Assembly: GCA_040954595.2 (NCBI GenBank)
Contig: CM082592.2
Location: 10,734,017 to 10,798,016 of the forward strand
Source of the DNA: Balanoglossus misakiensis
Lineage: Eukaryota; Animalia; Hemichordata
Direction: 5' to 3'
DNA length: 64,000 nucleotides
Made by a program: the position numbers and the translations under genes. A model generated the notes under the pieces. It was given only the letters and a program-made list of their open reading frames with translations, searched no databases and was not told the origin of the DNA. Every line of letters starts with the position of its first letter. Position 1 is the first letter of the stretch. Below are positions 1 to 12,900 of the stretch, one piece after another.

Positions 1-3000
1 TGAAAAATCGAAAAAAGCTGATAAAATCGTCAGATTTTTGAACATTTTCCTGAGGCTATAACCCATGGTTTTTTCAAAAAAATGACCCAAATTTTGAAAA
101 TCGAAAAGTCGAAAATCGTCGATTTTTGAACATTTTCCTGAGCTATAACCCATGGTTTTTTTCAAAAAATGACCAAATTTTGAAAATTCGAAAAGTCGAA
201 AAATCGTCGATTTTTGAACATTTTCCTGAGCTATAACCCATGGATTTTTCAAAAAATGACCAAATTTTGAAAATTCGAAAAGTCGAAAATCGTCGATTTT
301 TGAACATTTTCCTGAGCTATAACCCATGGTTTTTTCAAAAAATGACCAAATTTTGAAAAGTCGAAAAGTCGAAAAATCGTCGATTTTTGAACATTTTCCT
401 GAGCTATAACCCATGGTTTTTTCAAAAAATGACCAAATTTGAAAATTCGAAAAGTCGAAAAATCGTCGATTTTTGAACATTTCCTGAGCTATAACCCATG
501 GTTTTTTCAAAAAATGACCAAATTTTGAAAATTCGAAAAGTCGAAAAATCGTCGATTTTTGAACATTTTCCTGAGCTATAACCCATGGTTTTTTTCAAAA
601 AATGACCAAATTTTGAAAATTCGAAAAGTCGAAAAATCGTCGATTTTTGAACATTTTCCTGAGCTATAACCCATGGTTTTTTCAAAAAATGACCAAATTT
701 TGAAAATTCGAAAAGTCGAAAAATCGTCGATTTTTGAACATTTTCCTGAGCTATAACCCATGGTTTTTTCAAAAAATGAACCAAATTTTGAAAATTCGCA
801 AAGTCGAAAAATCGTCGATTTTTGAACATTTTCCTGAGCTAAAACCCATGGTTTTTCAAAAAATGACCAAATTTTGAAAATTCGAAAAGTCGAAAAATCG
901 TCGATTTTTGAACATTTTCCTGAGCTATAACCCATGGTTTTTTCAAAAATGACCAAATTTTGAAAATTCGCAAAGTCGAAAAATCGTCGATTTTTGAACA
1001 TTTTCCTGAGCTATAACCCATGGTTTTTTCAAAAAATGACCAAATTTTGAAAATTCGAAAAGTCGAAAAATCGTCGATTTTTGAACATTTTCCTGAGCTA
1101 TAACCCATGGTTTTTTCAAAAAATGACCAAATTTTGAAAATTCGAAAAGTCGAAAAATCGTCGATTTTTGAACATTTTCCTGAGCTATAACCCATGGTTT
1201 TTTCAAAAAATGACCAAATTTTGAAAATTCGAAAAGTCGAAAAATCGTCGATTTTTGAACATTTTCCTGAGCTATAACCCATGGTTTTTCAAAAAATGAC
1301 CAAATTTTGAAAATTCGAAAAGTCGAAAAATCGTCGATTTTTGAACATTTTCCTGAGCTATAACCCATGGTTTTTTCAAAAAAATGACCAAATTTTGAAA
1401 ATTCGAAAAGTCGAAAAATCGTCGATTTTTGAACATTTTCCTGAGCTATAACCCATGGTTTTTTCCAAAAAATGACCAAATTTTGAAAATTCGAAAAGTC
1501 GAAAAATCGTCGATTTTTGAACATTTTCCTGAGCTATAACCCATGGTTTTTTCAAAAAATGACCAAATTTTGAAAATTCGAAAAGTCGAAAAATCGTCGA
1601 TTTTTGAACATTTTCCTGAGCTATAACCCATGGTTTTTTCAAAAAATGACCAAATTTTGAAAATTCGAAAAGTCGAAAAATCGTCGATTTTTGAACATTT
1701 TCCTGAGCTATAACCCATGGTTTTTTCAAAAAATGACCAAATTTTGAAAATTCGAAAAGTCGAAAAATCGTCGATTTTTGAACATTTTCCTGAGCTATAA
1801 CCCATGGTTTTTTCAAAAAATGACCAAATTTTGAAAATTCGAAAAGTCGAAAAATCGTCGATTTTTGAACATTTTCCTGAGCTATAACCCATGGTTTTTT
1901 CAAAAAATGACCAAATTTTGAAAATTCGAAAAGTCGAAAAATCGTCGATTTTTGAACATTTTCCTGAGCTATAACCCATGTTTTTTTCAAAAAATGACCA
2001 AATTTTGAAAATTCGAAAAGTCGAAAAATCGTCGATTTTTGAACATTTTCCTGAGCTATAACCCATGGTTTTTTCAAAAAATGACCAAATTTTGAAAATT
2101 CGAAAAGTCGAAAAATCGTCGATTTTTGAACATTTTCCTGAGCTATAACCCATGTTTTTTTCAAAAAATGACCAAATTTTGAAAATTCGAAAAGTCGAAA
2201 AATCGTCGATTTTTGAACATTTTCCTGAGCTATAACCCATGGTTTTTTTCAAAAAAATGACCAAATTTTGAAAATTCGAAAAGTCGAAAAATCGTCGATT
2301 TTTGAACATTTTCCTGAGCTATAACCCATGGTTTTTTTCAAAAAATGACCAAATTTTGAAAATTCGAAAAGTCGAAAAATCGTCGATTTTGAACATTTTC
2401 CTGAGCTATAACCCATGGTTTTTTTCAAAAAATGACCAAATTTTGAAAATTCGAAAAGTCGAAAAATCGTCGATTTTTGAACATTTTCCTGAGCTATAAC
2501 CCATGGTTTTTTTCAAAAAATGACCAAATTTTGAAAATTCGAAAAGTCGAAAAATCGTCGATTTTTGAACATTTTCCTGAGCTATAACCCATGGTTTTTT
2601 CAAAAAATGACCAAATTTTGAAAATTCGCAAAGTCGAAAAATCGTCGATTTTTGAACATTTTCCTGAGCTATAACCCATGTTTTTTTTCAAATAATGACC
2701 AAATTTTGAAAATTCGAAAAGTCGAAAAATCGTCGATTTTTGAACATTTTCCTGAGCTATAACCCATGTTTTTTTTCAAAAAATGACCAAATTTTAAAAA
2801 TTCGAAAAGTCGAGAAATCGTCGATTTTTGAACATTTTCCTGAGCTATAACCCATGTTTTTTTTCAAAAAATGACCAAATTTTGAAAATTCGAAAAGTCG
2901 AAAAATCGTCGATTTTTGAACATTTTCCTGAGCTATAACCCATGGTTTTTTTCAAAAAATGACCAAATTTTGAAAATTCGAAAAGTCGAAAAATCGTCGA

Positions 3001-5856
3001 TTTTTGAACATTTTCCTGAGCTATAACCCATGTTTTTTTCAAAAAATGACCAAATTTTGAAAATTCTAAAAGTCGAAAAATCGTCGATTTTTGAACATTT
3101 TCCTGAGCTATAACCCATGGTTTTTTTCAAAAAATGACCAAATTTTGAAAATTCGAAAAGTCGAAAAATCGTCGATTTTTGAACATTTTCCTGAGCTATA
3201 ACCCATGGTTTTTTCAAAAAATGACCAAATTTTGAAAATTCGAAAAGTCGAAAAATCGTCGATTTTTGAACATTTTCCTGAGCTATAATAACCCATGTTT
3301 TTTTTCAAAAAATGACCAAATTTTGAAAATTCGAAAAGTCGAAAAATCGTCGATTTTTGAACATTTTCCTGAGCTATAACCCATGTTTTTTTCAAAAAAT
3401 GACCAAATTTTGAAAATTCGAAAAGTCGAAAAATCGTCGATTTTTGAACATTTTCCTGAGCTATAACCCATGGTTTTTTCAAAAAATGACCAAATTTTGA
3501 AAATTCGAAAAGTCGAAAAATCGTCGATTTTTGAACATTTTCCTGAGCTATAACCCATGGTTTTTTCAAAAAATGACCAAATTTTGAAAATTCGAAAAGT
3601 CGAAAAATCGTCGATTTTTGAACATTTTCCTGAGCTATAACCCATGGTTTTTTCAAAAAATGACCAAATTTTGAAAATTCGAAAAGTCGAAAAATCGTCG
3701 ATTTTTGAACATTTTCCTGAGCTATAACCCATGGTTTTTTCAAAAAATGACCAAATTTTGAAAATTCGCAAAGTCGGAAAATCGTCGATTTTTGAACATT
3801 TCCCTGAGCTATAACCCATGGTTTTTTCAAAAAATGACCAAATTTTGAAAATTCGCAAAGTCGAAAAATCGTCGATTTTTGAACATTTCCCTGAGCTATA
3901 ACCCATGGTTTTTTCAAAAAATGACCAAATTTTGAAAATTCGAAAATTCGAAAAATCGTCGATTTTTGAACATTTCCCTGAGCTATAACCCATGGTTTTT
4001 TCAAAAAATGACCAAATTTTGAAAAGTCGAAAAGTCGAAAAATCGTCGATTTTTGAACATTTCCCTGAGCTATAACCCATGGTTTTTTCAAAAAATGACC
4101 AAATTTTGAAAATTCGCAAAGTCGAAAAATCGTCGATTTTTGAACATTTTCCTGAGCTATAACCCATGGTTTTTTCAAAAAATGACCAAATTTTGAAAAT
4201 TCGCAAAGTCGAAAAATCGTCGATTTTTGAACATTTTCCTGAGCTATAACCCATGGTTTTTTCAAAAAATGACCAAATTTTGAAAATTCGCAAAGTCGAA
4301 AAATCGTCGATTTTTGAACATTTCCCTGAGCTATAACCCATGGTTTTTTCAAAAAATGACCAAATTTTGAAAATTCGAAAAGTCGAAAAATCGTCGATTT
4401 TTGAACATTTCCCTGAGCTATAACCCATGGTTTTTTCAAAAAATGACCAAATTTTGAAAATTCGAAAAGTCGAAAAATCGTCGATTTTTGAACATTTCCC
4501 TGAGCTATAACCCATGGTTTTTTCAAAAAATGACCAAATTTTGAAAAGTCGAAAAGTCGAAAAATCGTCGATTTTTGAACATTTCCCTGAGCTATAACCC
4601 ATGGTTTTTTCAAAAAATGACCAAATTTTGAAAATTCGCAAAGTCGAAAAATCGTCGATTTTTGAACATTTTCCTGAGCTATAACCCATGGTTTTTTCAA
4701 AAAATGACCAAATTTTGAAAATTCGCAAAGTCGAAAAATCGTCGATTTTTGAACATTTTCCTGAGCTATAACCCATGGTTTTTTCAAAAAATGACCAAAT
4801 TTTGAAAATTCGCAAAGTCGAAAAATCGTCGATTTTTGAACATTTCCCTGAGCTATAACCCATGGTTTTTTCAAAAAATGACCAAATTTTGAAAATTCGA
4901 AAAGTCGAAAAATCGTCGATTTTTGAACATTTCCCTGAGCTATAACCCATGGTTTTTTCAAAAAATGACCAAATTTTGAAAATTCGCAAAGTCGAAAAAT
5001 CGTCGATTTTTGAACATTTTCCTGAGCTATAACCCATGGTTTTTTCAAAAAATGACCAAATTTTGAAAATTTGCAAAGTCGAAAAATCGTCGATTTTTGA
5101 ACATTTTCCTGAGCTAAAACCCATGGTTTTTTCAAAAAATGACCAAATTTTGAAAAGTCGAAAAGTCGAAAAATCGTCGATTTTTGAACATTTTCCTGAG
5201 CTATAACCCATGGTTTTTTCAAAAAATGACCAAATTTTGAAAATTTGCAAAGTCGAAAAATCGTCGATTTTTGAACATTTTCCTGAGCTAAAACCCATGG
5301 TTTTTTCAAAAAATGACCAAATTTTGAAAAGTCGAAAAGTCGAAAAATCGTCGATTTTTGAACATTTCCCTGAGCTATAACCCATGGTTTTTTCAAAAAA
5401 TGACCAAATTTTGAAAATTCGCAAAGTCGAAAAATCGTCGATTTTTGAACATTTTCCTGAGCTATAACCCATGGTTTTTTCAAAAAATGACCAAATTTTG
5501 AAAATTTGCAAAGTCGAAAAATCGTCGATTTTTGAACATTTTCCTGAGCTATAACCCATGGTTTTTTCAAAAAATGACCAAATTTTGAAAATTCGCAAAG
5601 TCGAAAAATCGTCGATTTTTGAACATTTTCCTGAGCTATAACCCATGTTTTTTTCAAAAAATGACCAAATTTTGAAAATTCGAAAAGTCGAAAAATCGTC
5701 GATTTTTGAACATTTTCCTGAGCTAAAACCCATGGTTTTTTCAAAAAATGACCAAATTTTGAAAATTCGAAAAGTCGAAAAATCGTCGATTTTTGAACAT
5801 TTTCCTGAGCTATAACCCATGGTTTTTTCAAAAAATGACCAAATTTTGAAAATTCG
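1..5856. repeat. 87-bp tandem satellite DNA array (~67 monomers), runs off the left edge of the window
   Basis: The monomer GAAAAATCGTCGATTTTTGAACATTTTCCTGAGCTATAACCCATGGTTTTTTCAAAAAATGACCAAATTTTGAAAATTCGAAAAGTC recurs head-to-tail (e.g. starts at 1501 and 1588). There are no unique spacers, and the ORF track shows a 29-aa periodicity. Confidence 0.98.
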
Positions 5857-6200
5857 GAAAGTCGAAAAATTGTCATTTCTGGATGATTTTCATGAGCTAT
5901 AACCCATGGTTTTTTCAAAAAATGAAGAAATTTTGAAATTTCGGAAAGTCGAAAAATTGTCCTTTCTGGATAATTTTCTTGAGCTATAACCCATGGTTTT
6001 TTCCAAAAAATAAATAAATTTTGAAATTTCGGAAAGTCGAAAAATTTTCATTTCTGGATGATTTTCATGATGAATTTACAAAATCGTAAATTTTTCAATT
6101 TTTGAAGATTTTCACGAGCTATTATAACCCATGAAAATGTGAAAAAATGACAAAATTCGCAACTCGGGAAATTGTCAGTTTTTGATGATTTTCATAAGCT
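5857..6200. repeat. Degenerate edge monomers of the 87-bp satellite
   Basis: About 4 progressively diverged units keep GAGCTATAACCCATG and GGAAAGTCGAAAAAT but replace ATCGTCGATTTTTGAAC with ATTGTCATTTCTGGATG-like sequence, then fade into unique DNA. The right boundary is approximate. Confidence 0.85.
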
Positions 6201-6622
6201 TTAATAAATCTTCTCCGACTTCGTATTAACATTTGTGACAAATATTGATGATGATAATTCTGACATTGAATAAAATTCTTTGAGCTGATTGTTCACACGC
6301 GTAGGTATTGTTGGATTGTCTAATTAAAATCGATCGATCAAATTGTATGTGAAAGTACTATAATTGGAAATACCTTGCATCCTATACCGGTCCGTCCGTC
6401 AGATGTGATCTGCACGACAATCCAGGGTTGTTGATTGAATCTGTCACACGGTTGGTTACCTTGACATCGTTTTATTCGAATGTATGTCAAAATGTGAACT
6501 TAGTCGTGATATGCAACCCGAGAAAAATGATGCGTTGCTATCAACATTGCGTTCCACATGGCGACCATATTGTGAAAAACAAGATTGTCCTTGTAACTCG
6601 ACACGCAACACGCAAGTGAATG

Positions 6623-6650
6623 TTTAGCTCCAATGTTCTTGCATAGAAGA

Positions 6651-6682
<32 letters not shown>

Positions 6683-6901
6683 ATGTATGTATGTATGCAT
6701 GTATGTACGTATGTATGCTTAAAGCTATACCAAAACCACCGTTGATCATCGGCATGAGGTCAATATTCCCTTATCACTGGTAAAAGCTTTTACGAACTAA
6801 AGTGTATTAGATTTGCCTTAATAACTCGTAATCTAATCTCTAGATTACAACTGAATAATACATACTATATGTAATTCAAAGTCTGCCAAAGGCAGTCTAG
6901 T
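6623..6901 (+). mobile_element. Putative non-autonomous Helentron/HINE (DINE-1-like) element
   Basis: 5' TTTAGCTC plus an imperfect inverted repeat (CTCCAATG..CATAGAAG), an internal (TCTG)n(TATG)n microsatellite, and a 3' stem-loop CTGCC-AAA-GGCAG (6883-6895) followed by TCTAGT. The layout matches HINE-type elements; a 3' subterminal repeat was not seen. Confidence 0.45.
6652..6717. repeat. Compound (TCTG)n/(TATG)n microsatellite
   Basis: Directly visible tetranucleotide runs. Confidence 0.95.
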
Positions 6902-9900
6902 ACACTGTGAATCTTCTGTTTGCTTCTTTCAGTTTTGTCGTGCAGCATGTTTCTTATGGCGTGGATTTCTACACATGCGCACTTCATATTTCTTAATTGC
7001 ATGAGATACTAACGGGATGTACATTAGCACTGGAATATATGACCCCGACCTCCATTCACAGAATTATTTCCCTCAATCGGATGAAAGGCAAACGCAGAGG
7101 TGACAAGAAGACTCCAAATGTGTAATTGAGTTCAAGAAAAGTCGGCCAGTAATACGAGAATCTGCTGCATCGATACCATCCGTTGATCGGCAAATATCTA
7201 CATTAGACACGATTTTTAATCTGTTAAAAATCTTTCGGAAGATTACAAATAATGATTTAATTTATAAATTACGTTTAAGTGGTGTAATTATGAATGGCCT
7301 GCGGAAAAATGTGTGGGGGTTCTTTTCTCACGATTTCATGATTAATCTGTGATTGCAAGTTTTGTTGTACGAAAATGATTTGGCCTCGAAGCCTCGAATA
7401 TCACTACAATGTTCCTAAATTGAAATAGAATCCTCCAATTGACCTCTGCGTGACCTTACAAATCTCCCACATTATTCCCCTTGAAGTGCCGTCCAATAGG
7501 AATGTAAGCGGCATGTTCGGCCTTCATCTCTCCCACTGATAGGATGTGACATCAGCTGTAGTTTCTGTATAATCTAAAACACACCTGTTACACGCAATGT
7601 TGTGGTAAAAGTCCCATTTATTCAATTTCCATTTCAAGAGGATTTGCCAATATGTTTTGTAACTATGTCATTTGTAATGATGCCGTCAACGTGAATAAGG
7701 CATAACGATGGCCATTGAAAAAATATCGCAATCATTCACAATATATTTGATAATTGAGCAATCCAAAAGCACTAAACGTGATACATCACATGTACTTAAA
7801 TAATGTGTCAGTAAGAATAACACTGATTTATTACAATATATACACGCCAGTGTGACGTATACATATATTTGCATAATATATTATCGAGACCTACAGCCGG
7901 CCATTTTGGATTTTGGCACATCGATGATTTGCTAAAATACCACAGATTACCTCATACATCATAATAGAAGAAAGAGATATATATTCATAAATGACAGTCA
8001 GTGCAATTTCACAAACAATGTTGGGGTTCCTGCATGTAATCTTGCTAGTAGCTCTTTTGATTGGTAAATTCATGTACTTGTTTGTTTGGTATGCTGTCCA
8101 TTTTTTGTCTTCAGATTTCAGAGTATTTTCACTTTCACTTTCCTTATGCTGGTGTACATTTCACCTATGATCAAGACAGAGATAGAGGGACAGTGCATAA
8201 GACAAAACTGGTAAAACGCTTTACGAAGTCAATGCTTTGCAATGCTACGTACATTAACCGTAGAGGGATACCTTCAGAATGCCCAGCCGGAAGTGTCTGG
8301 CCAAAAGCGACTCATTAGATCGACTTAGTAGTGGCGAGTGTCTGGGTGTAAGCCGGGGGCCAGTCTGTCTACCGAACAAGCACTCGAGTTGTACCGAACA
8401 TCTATAAACTGGACTCGTATTATTTATGGCAATGTTGACGTGACCTGAACCACGCTTGCCAGATTTCCGGTCGTTTTTGTAAAAAGTTTGAAATGCAAGT
8501 GTTTGTTGCTTTTGTCACTGTTATTTCCCCCTCTCTTTGAAATGCGGTCGGGTCCGCAGACCATAGAAATTCAAAAGTGATTTATACGATTCGAATCATA
8601 GCTTTGTTTTATAGGCTTACCTCTTTTCACGTCATCCAAAGTGCCCGGCCTTCGATACCATACGCCATTCGGTAGTTGGTCAACGGCCAATGAACCTTTA
8701 TACCATTGCACGGCTATTCACCCGTTTGTACAAAGACCATCAATCCGACAGCGTCGCTTACGTTGTTGAGATAATCTGTAAGCAGAAAGGGGTACATGTA
8801 GTTGAATGAACTCGCCTGTATAGTCGAACTGATTTAACTTCTTGGATTTCATCGAACTCGGTTCACCTTTTCCAAACCGAAAATGACGACCAGCGGGATA
8901 GTTGATACGAACTGGAGTTCGGCCTTGTGGCATATTCTAATTCAAAATACCTGCGCATTAGCTGAAAAAATGTGGTTGCACAGAAGTTTGAAAAATAAAT
9001 CTGTATTGTGAGATAATATATGTAGCATTACGTAATGACAAATATCTTCACCAAACACTATTATGTCGTTTGAATAACCCATTCTGCTGTACGCAGTTGA
9101 CGCAATTGACACCATCTTCATCATATGCAAATCTTTGCCAGGGTAACCTCTGAACAGCAGCTGTTGCTTCGTGGTAATGAAACCATGTGATTCAACGTTT
9201 CTGCCTATGGCGCGAATATTGTGTTATGGTCTGTTTGGTAAAAGTTGTAAACTACTTTCCCCACCAGAGACCTCTAGGGTCAACGTTGCTGTCACGCCAT
9301 TCAAGAACACTAAGTGTGTTTATCTGTGGTATGACATTTGGTGACCCGGATATTAAAGCCCCACTCTCTGTGAAATCTCGTATTTTCCCCATGCGATGGT
9401 TTTAAATAAAAGGTACTTATTTTGAAATGCCAACATAAAATCTTCAGGGATTGGAACCTTCCATTTTCATAGTCTGTGAATGATGCAAGCATACACCCAA
9501 TTCGATTGGGGAAATTAAAAAAGGCAAAAATCATGACTTAGGTTGGAAGTGTGACTTGATTATTCAACAGATGTATAAACAGGATGAAGACCGCGAGGAA
9601 GTTATTTATCACTCTTGACACGTGTTTGGAGTGAAACGTCATTGCTGCGGAAGGTCGTGTAAATTAGGGTTAAAGACTTTCAGAGAACCTTTCCGTTGCC
9701 GGGCGGGTGATTGAGATTTCTAAACTTGCCAAAGTATTTAATGCGCCAATTCTTGGCGGGTGCACGGAAACGGAACTATTAAATGAAATTTTAACATTCA
9801 TTCAAATCTATAGCAAAAGCAATTAAAGTGAACATTTACAGGTTTACGACTGTCTCCTTTCTGTAGTCTGTGACGACTGTAATTTATCATGATGCAATCA

Positions 9901-12900
9901 GAGAGAGTTCATTCTCCACCAGTTTGGTTCTTAATGCTCTTTCGTTTTAGAGTAAATTGGTTTAATATATCCAAGCTGTCCGTGGATCAGAAGTTCTAGA
10001 TATCCAGGTATAACCATATATGTCTCTATTAAAATTTGCCAAACGGTTTCTGTGTCGGTCGATGTAAAGTCACGTTATGCAGTTTGTCCTACTGTAACAT
10101 AATCCCACTACCGATAATTTTAGAATAGATGGACTTGTACTCGTGCCTGGCCATTAAGTATCGTAAAAAGATGAAAGCACAGGCGATGTCGGAACCGCTT
10201 TTCACTATTATCCAGCAGACGACTAGTTTTGTCGTCGGTGAAGATTTTATGGCTCTGTCTGAGTTGTAAAGGCGCGCCAGGGACATGTCACCTACAGATG
10301 TCACCTCCTGAAATTTCTTCTCATGAGCAATGCCTCGACAGCATCCGAGACAAAAAAAATCCGAAACTGTTACGCTTTACGATCACATTATATTATTGAC
10401 CATGTTATTTGTTGAAACGCGAAATACAGATTAATGTATATGAGTTACAGCTAGGTAATCAGACGATGCCGGCGACTAGATGACGTTCAATGACCCAACA
10501 CGGTTACAGGCCAAGTCGCTTGTGTAAAGCCCTGGGCACTGATAAAACTTATTTAAATCAAGATCTTCGAGGAAGACGCTGTGATCACCGCAACCGTAAA
10601 TTCTACTTATTTGTTGACGGTTCTCATATTTCCTGCAGCCATCGGTTCGATTGTCTAATCAGCGTACGTGAATTACTCAACTTGTCTTCGTAATTTATTT
10701 CCCACTCGGAAAGTACGCCCCAGATAAAGGAGAGAGGAGTTCGTAATTCTTGGTGAACGAACGGTGCGTTGGCTTTAAAGAGGGCAGTGAACGACATCAA
10801 CCTTAATCCTGACACGGGCATAAAACGGCACAGAGATTCAGCGCAGATGCTGTCATTCTAGGCCACCTTTACTCAGTGTAGGGCACTCATAAAACGCTTG
10901 TCCGATTATCCCCAGTCTTCAGTCTCCCGTTACCCTATTCCAGATCTCTTCGGGCACGTTATATGACACAACACATTGTTGAACATCATCGAGAGAGGAT
11001 TTAGGAGACGGGGGAGGGAGATAAGATTTTAATGCGCCCTTTGGTACCACCTGCTCGCAAGTAAATCCGTAGCGTGCATCGTCATCCAACGATTTACATC
11101 ACATCTTACCACTAAACCGACCAAACGCAGGTGCTCAGTTTCGCCATCTTGTGTCATCTTCATATTAACGTGAAAGAAGGTCATTAATTACGGTGATTCA
11201 ATGGTATCTTGAAGTTACTTTCCATCCCGTTAACTATTTCTAATTGCAACCAAAGTGTAATACGACAGACACACATTTGGCCAAACGCCTAAAGACCTGA
11301 TTTATGTATAGCCTGTTGTTGACTTCATTTTATGATGCAATGTCACAGTCGTTCGATGACCTGAAATCAGTTCACCAATTTACTGATATGATAAATGGAC
11401 CAGGTTAAACCGAAAGCCAGCGGACGCCGGCGAAATAATCACGATTCTAAATTGCAATTGTGTGCGTGCAACCAGTGGCCTTGCCCAGGCTTTCAGTCGC
11501 TGAGCAGACATTCACGCATGCGTGATTAATCCGCCTTAGACATGCGATTGTCGGTAATCTACGGGGGATAAGTGGTTCCAATCAACTTTGACGAGATTTA
11601 ATCTGCATCTGTGAAATATTGCTATCAGTAAGGTCAAAGATCGCAAAGTTCTGCAATGACATTCTATGACAGTTTCTGTGTCCTCTGCGCACTCTCCGCG
11701 CGTGCCCTCAAACATTATTTTCTCCAGTAATGCGGTGCAGGCCCACATTGCGGCAATATTTCTCTAAACTGAAGGTTAGGCCGCGATTCATCAATGATGA
11801 CGCAACCTTGACAAGGTCGACTGATTGGCCAAACTACGCAGCTATCTGCAATCAGATATTAAACTCGATTAGCTTGATTCGCAGTTTACATGAATTTAGC
11901 CAGCAACAAATGATAAATCCAAAAACGTATACATGTATATACTTTGATGAAACTTGGTACAGACGACGTTCGTACAAATATGATTGCACTGAAATCAATA
12001 CATTTCCAAGTATCTACTTATACAGATATTTTATCATTTATGTCGTGTTTCAGTCTTTTCCCCGAGATGGTCGGTGCAAGAAATTTCCAGAATCATATGT
12101 ACAATGTACACAAATGCGACAGCGTGTGGAGTGATACATGAACACGTAGTCGTTTGGACGGGTCACTGCGTGGGGACACTTGTCTCCAGTCGCTCGCGGC
12201 AAATAAACCTATTGATGGATGCACGTCGATGCGCCAATTGCAGGATATCAGAAAGATTTCAAAATTAGCCCAATTTAGGGTATTTGTCGTTTTCTCCGTG
12301 TATCCTGTAGATCGGGGAAACTTTGGCAATAAATCCCACCTGCAGAGAGTGTTTTCGTCTTCGTCATGGCTACATGGTCCTTTCGCTTCTGGGTCAAGAT
12401 CAAAATCTTCAGTATATTCTCAAGTGAATTTGCAATTTCACGGAACAAAGATTTTGTGGAAAAAGTTTTAAAATCGCTGTATGCAACATATTGAGCAACG
12501 ATTGGGGCTTTTGTCACGCCCGCAACGTCTTGAAGTGCGACCGCAGTCAGACTGTCGCCCTCACGTACGTGCACTCGAACACCAACAGGCCGCACATGGT
12601 ATCGTTAAGGATTTTTGTCATGATGATAGGAGTGACGTCAGCAGAGCCCTGAGTGGTGAGCAAGGTCGAAAGAAAGGGCTCTTTGCAGACCATTTAACGA
12701 AATTAGTACCGTGTTAATGACCAGAATGCGCGTGCTTTAAACAAAATTTGCACCGTATATTTCCCGTGTCATAGTACGAAATCAATGGAGTGTGATAAGT
12801 AAGCCAACATGTATTGTTTAATTGGCCTTCGCGTGAATACTAGTAATATGCATTGGATCCAACCAGATGTTATATTCATATGCAAATGACTGTCCTGTAA

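Noticed and set aside
1570-1600. CENP-B box in the satellite (TTCG....CG)
   Set aside because: Spacing and the CGGG half do not match the TTCGNNNNANNCGGG core on either strand.
1-5856. CRISPR array or repeat-protein gene
   Set aside because: Monomers are contiguous with no unique spacers, there are no cas genes, and the context is eukaryotic. The ORFs follow from the 87-bp period and are frameshifted by homopolymer indels.
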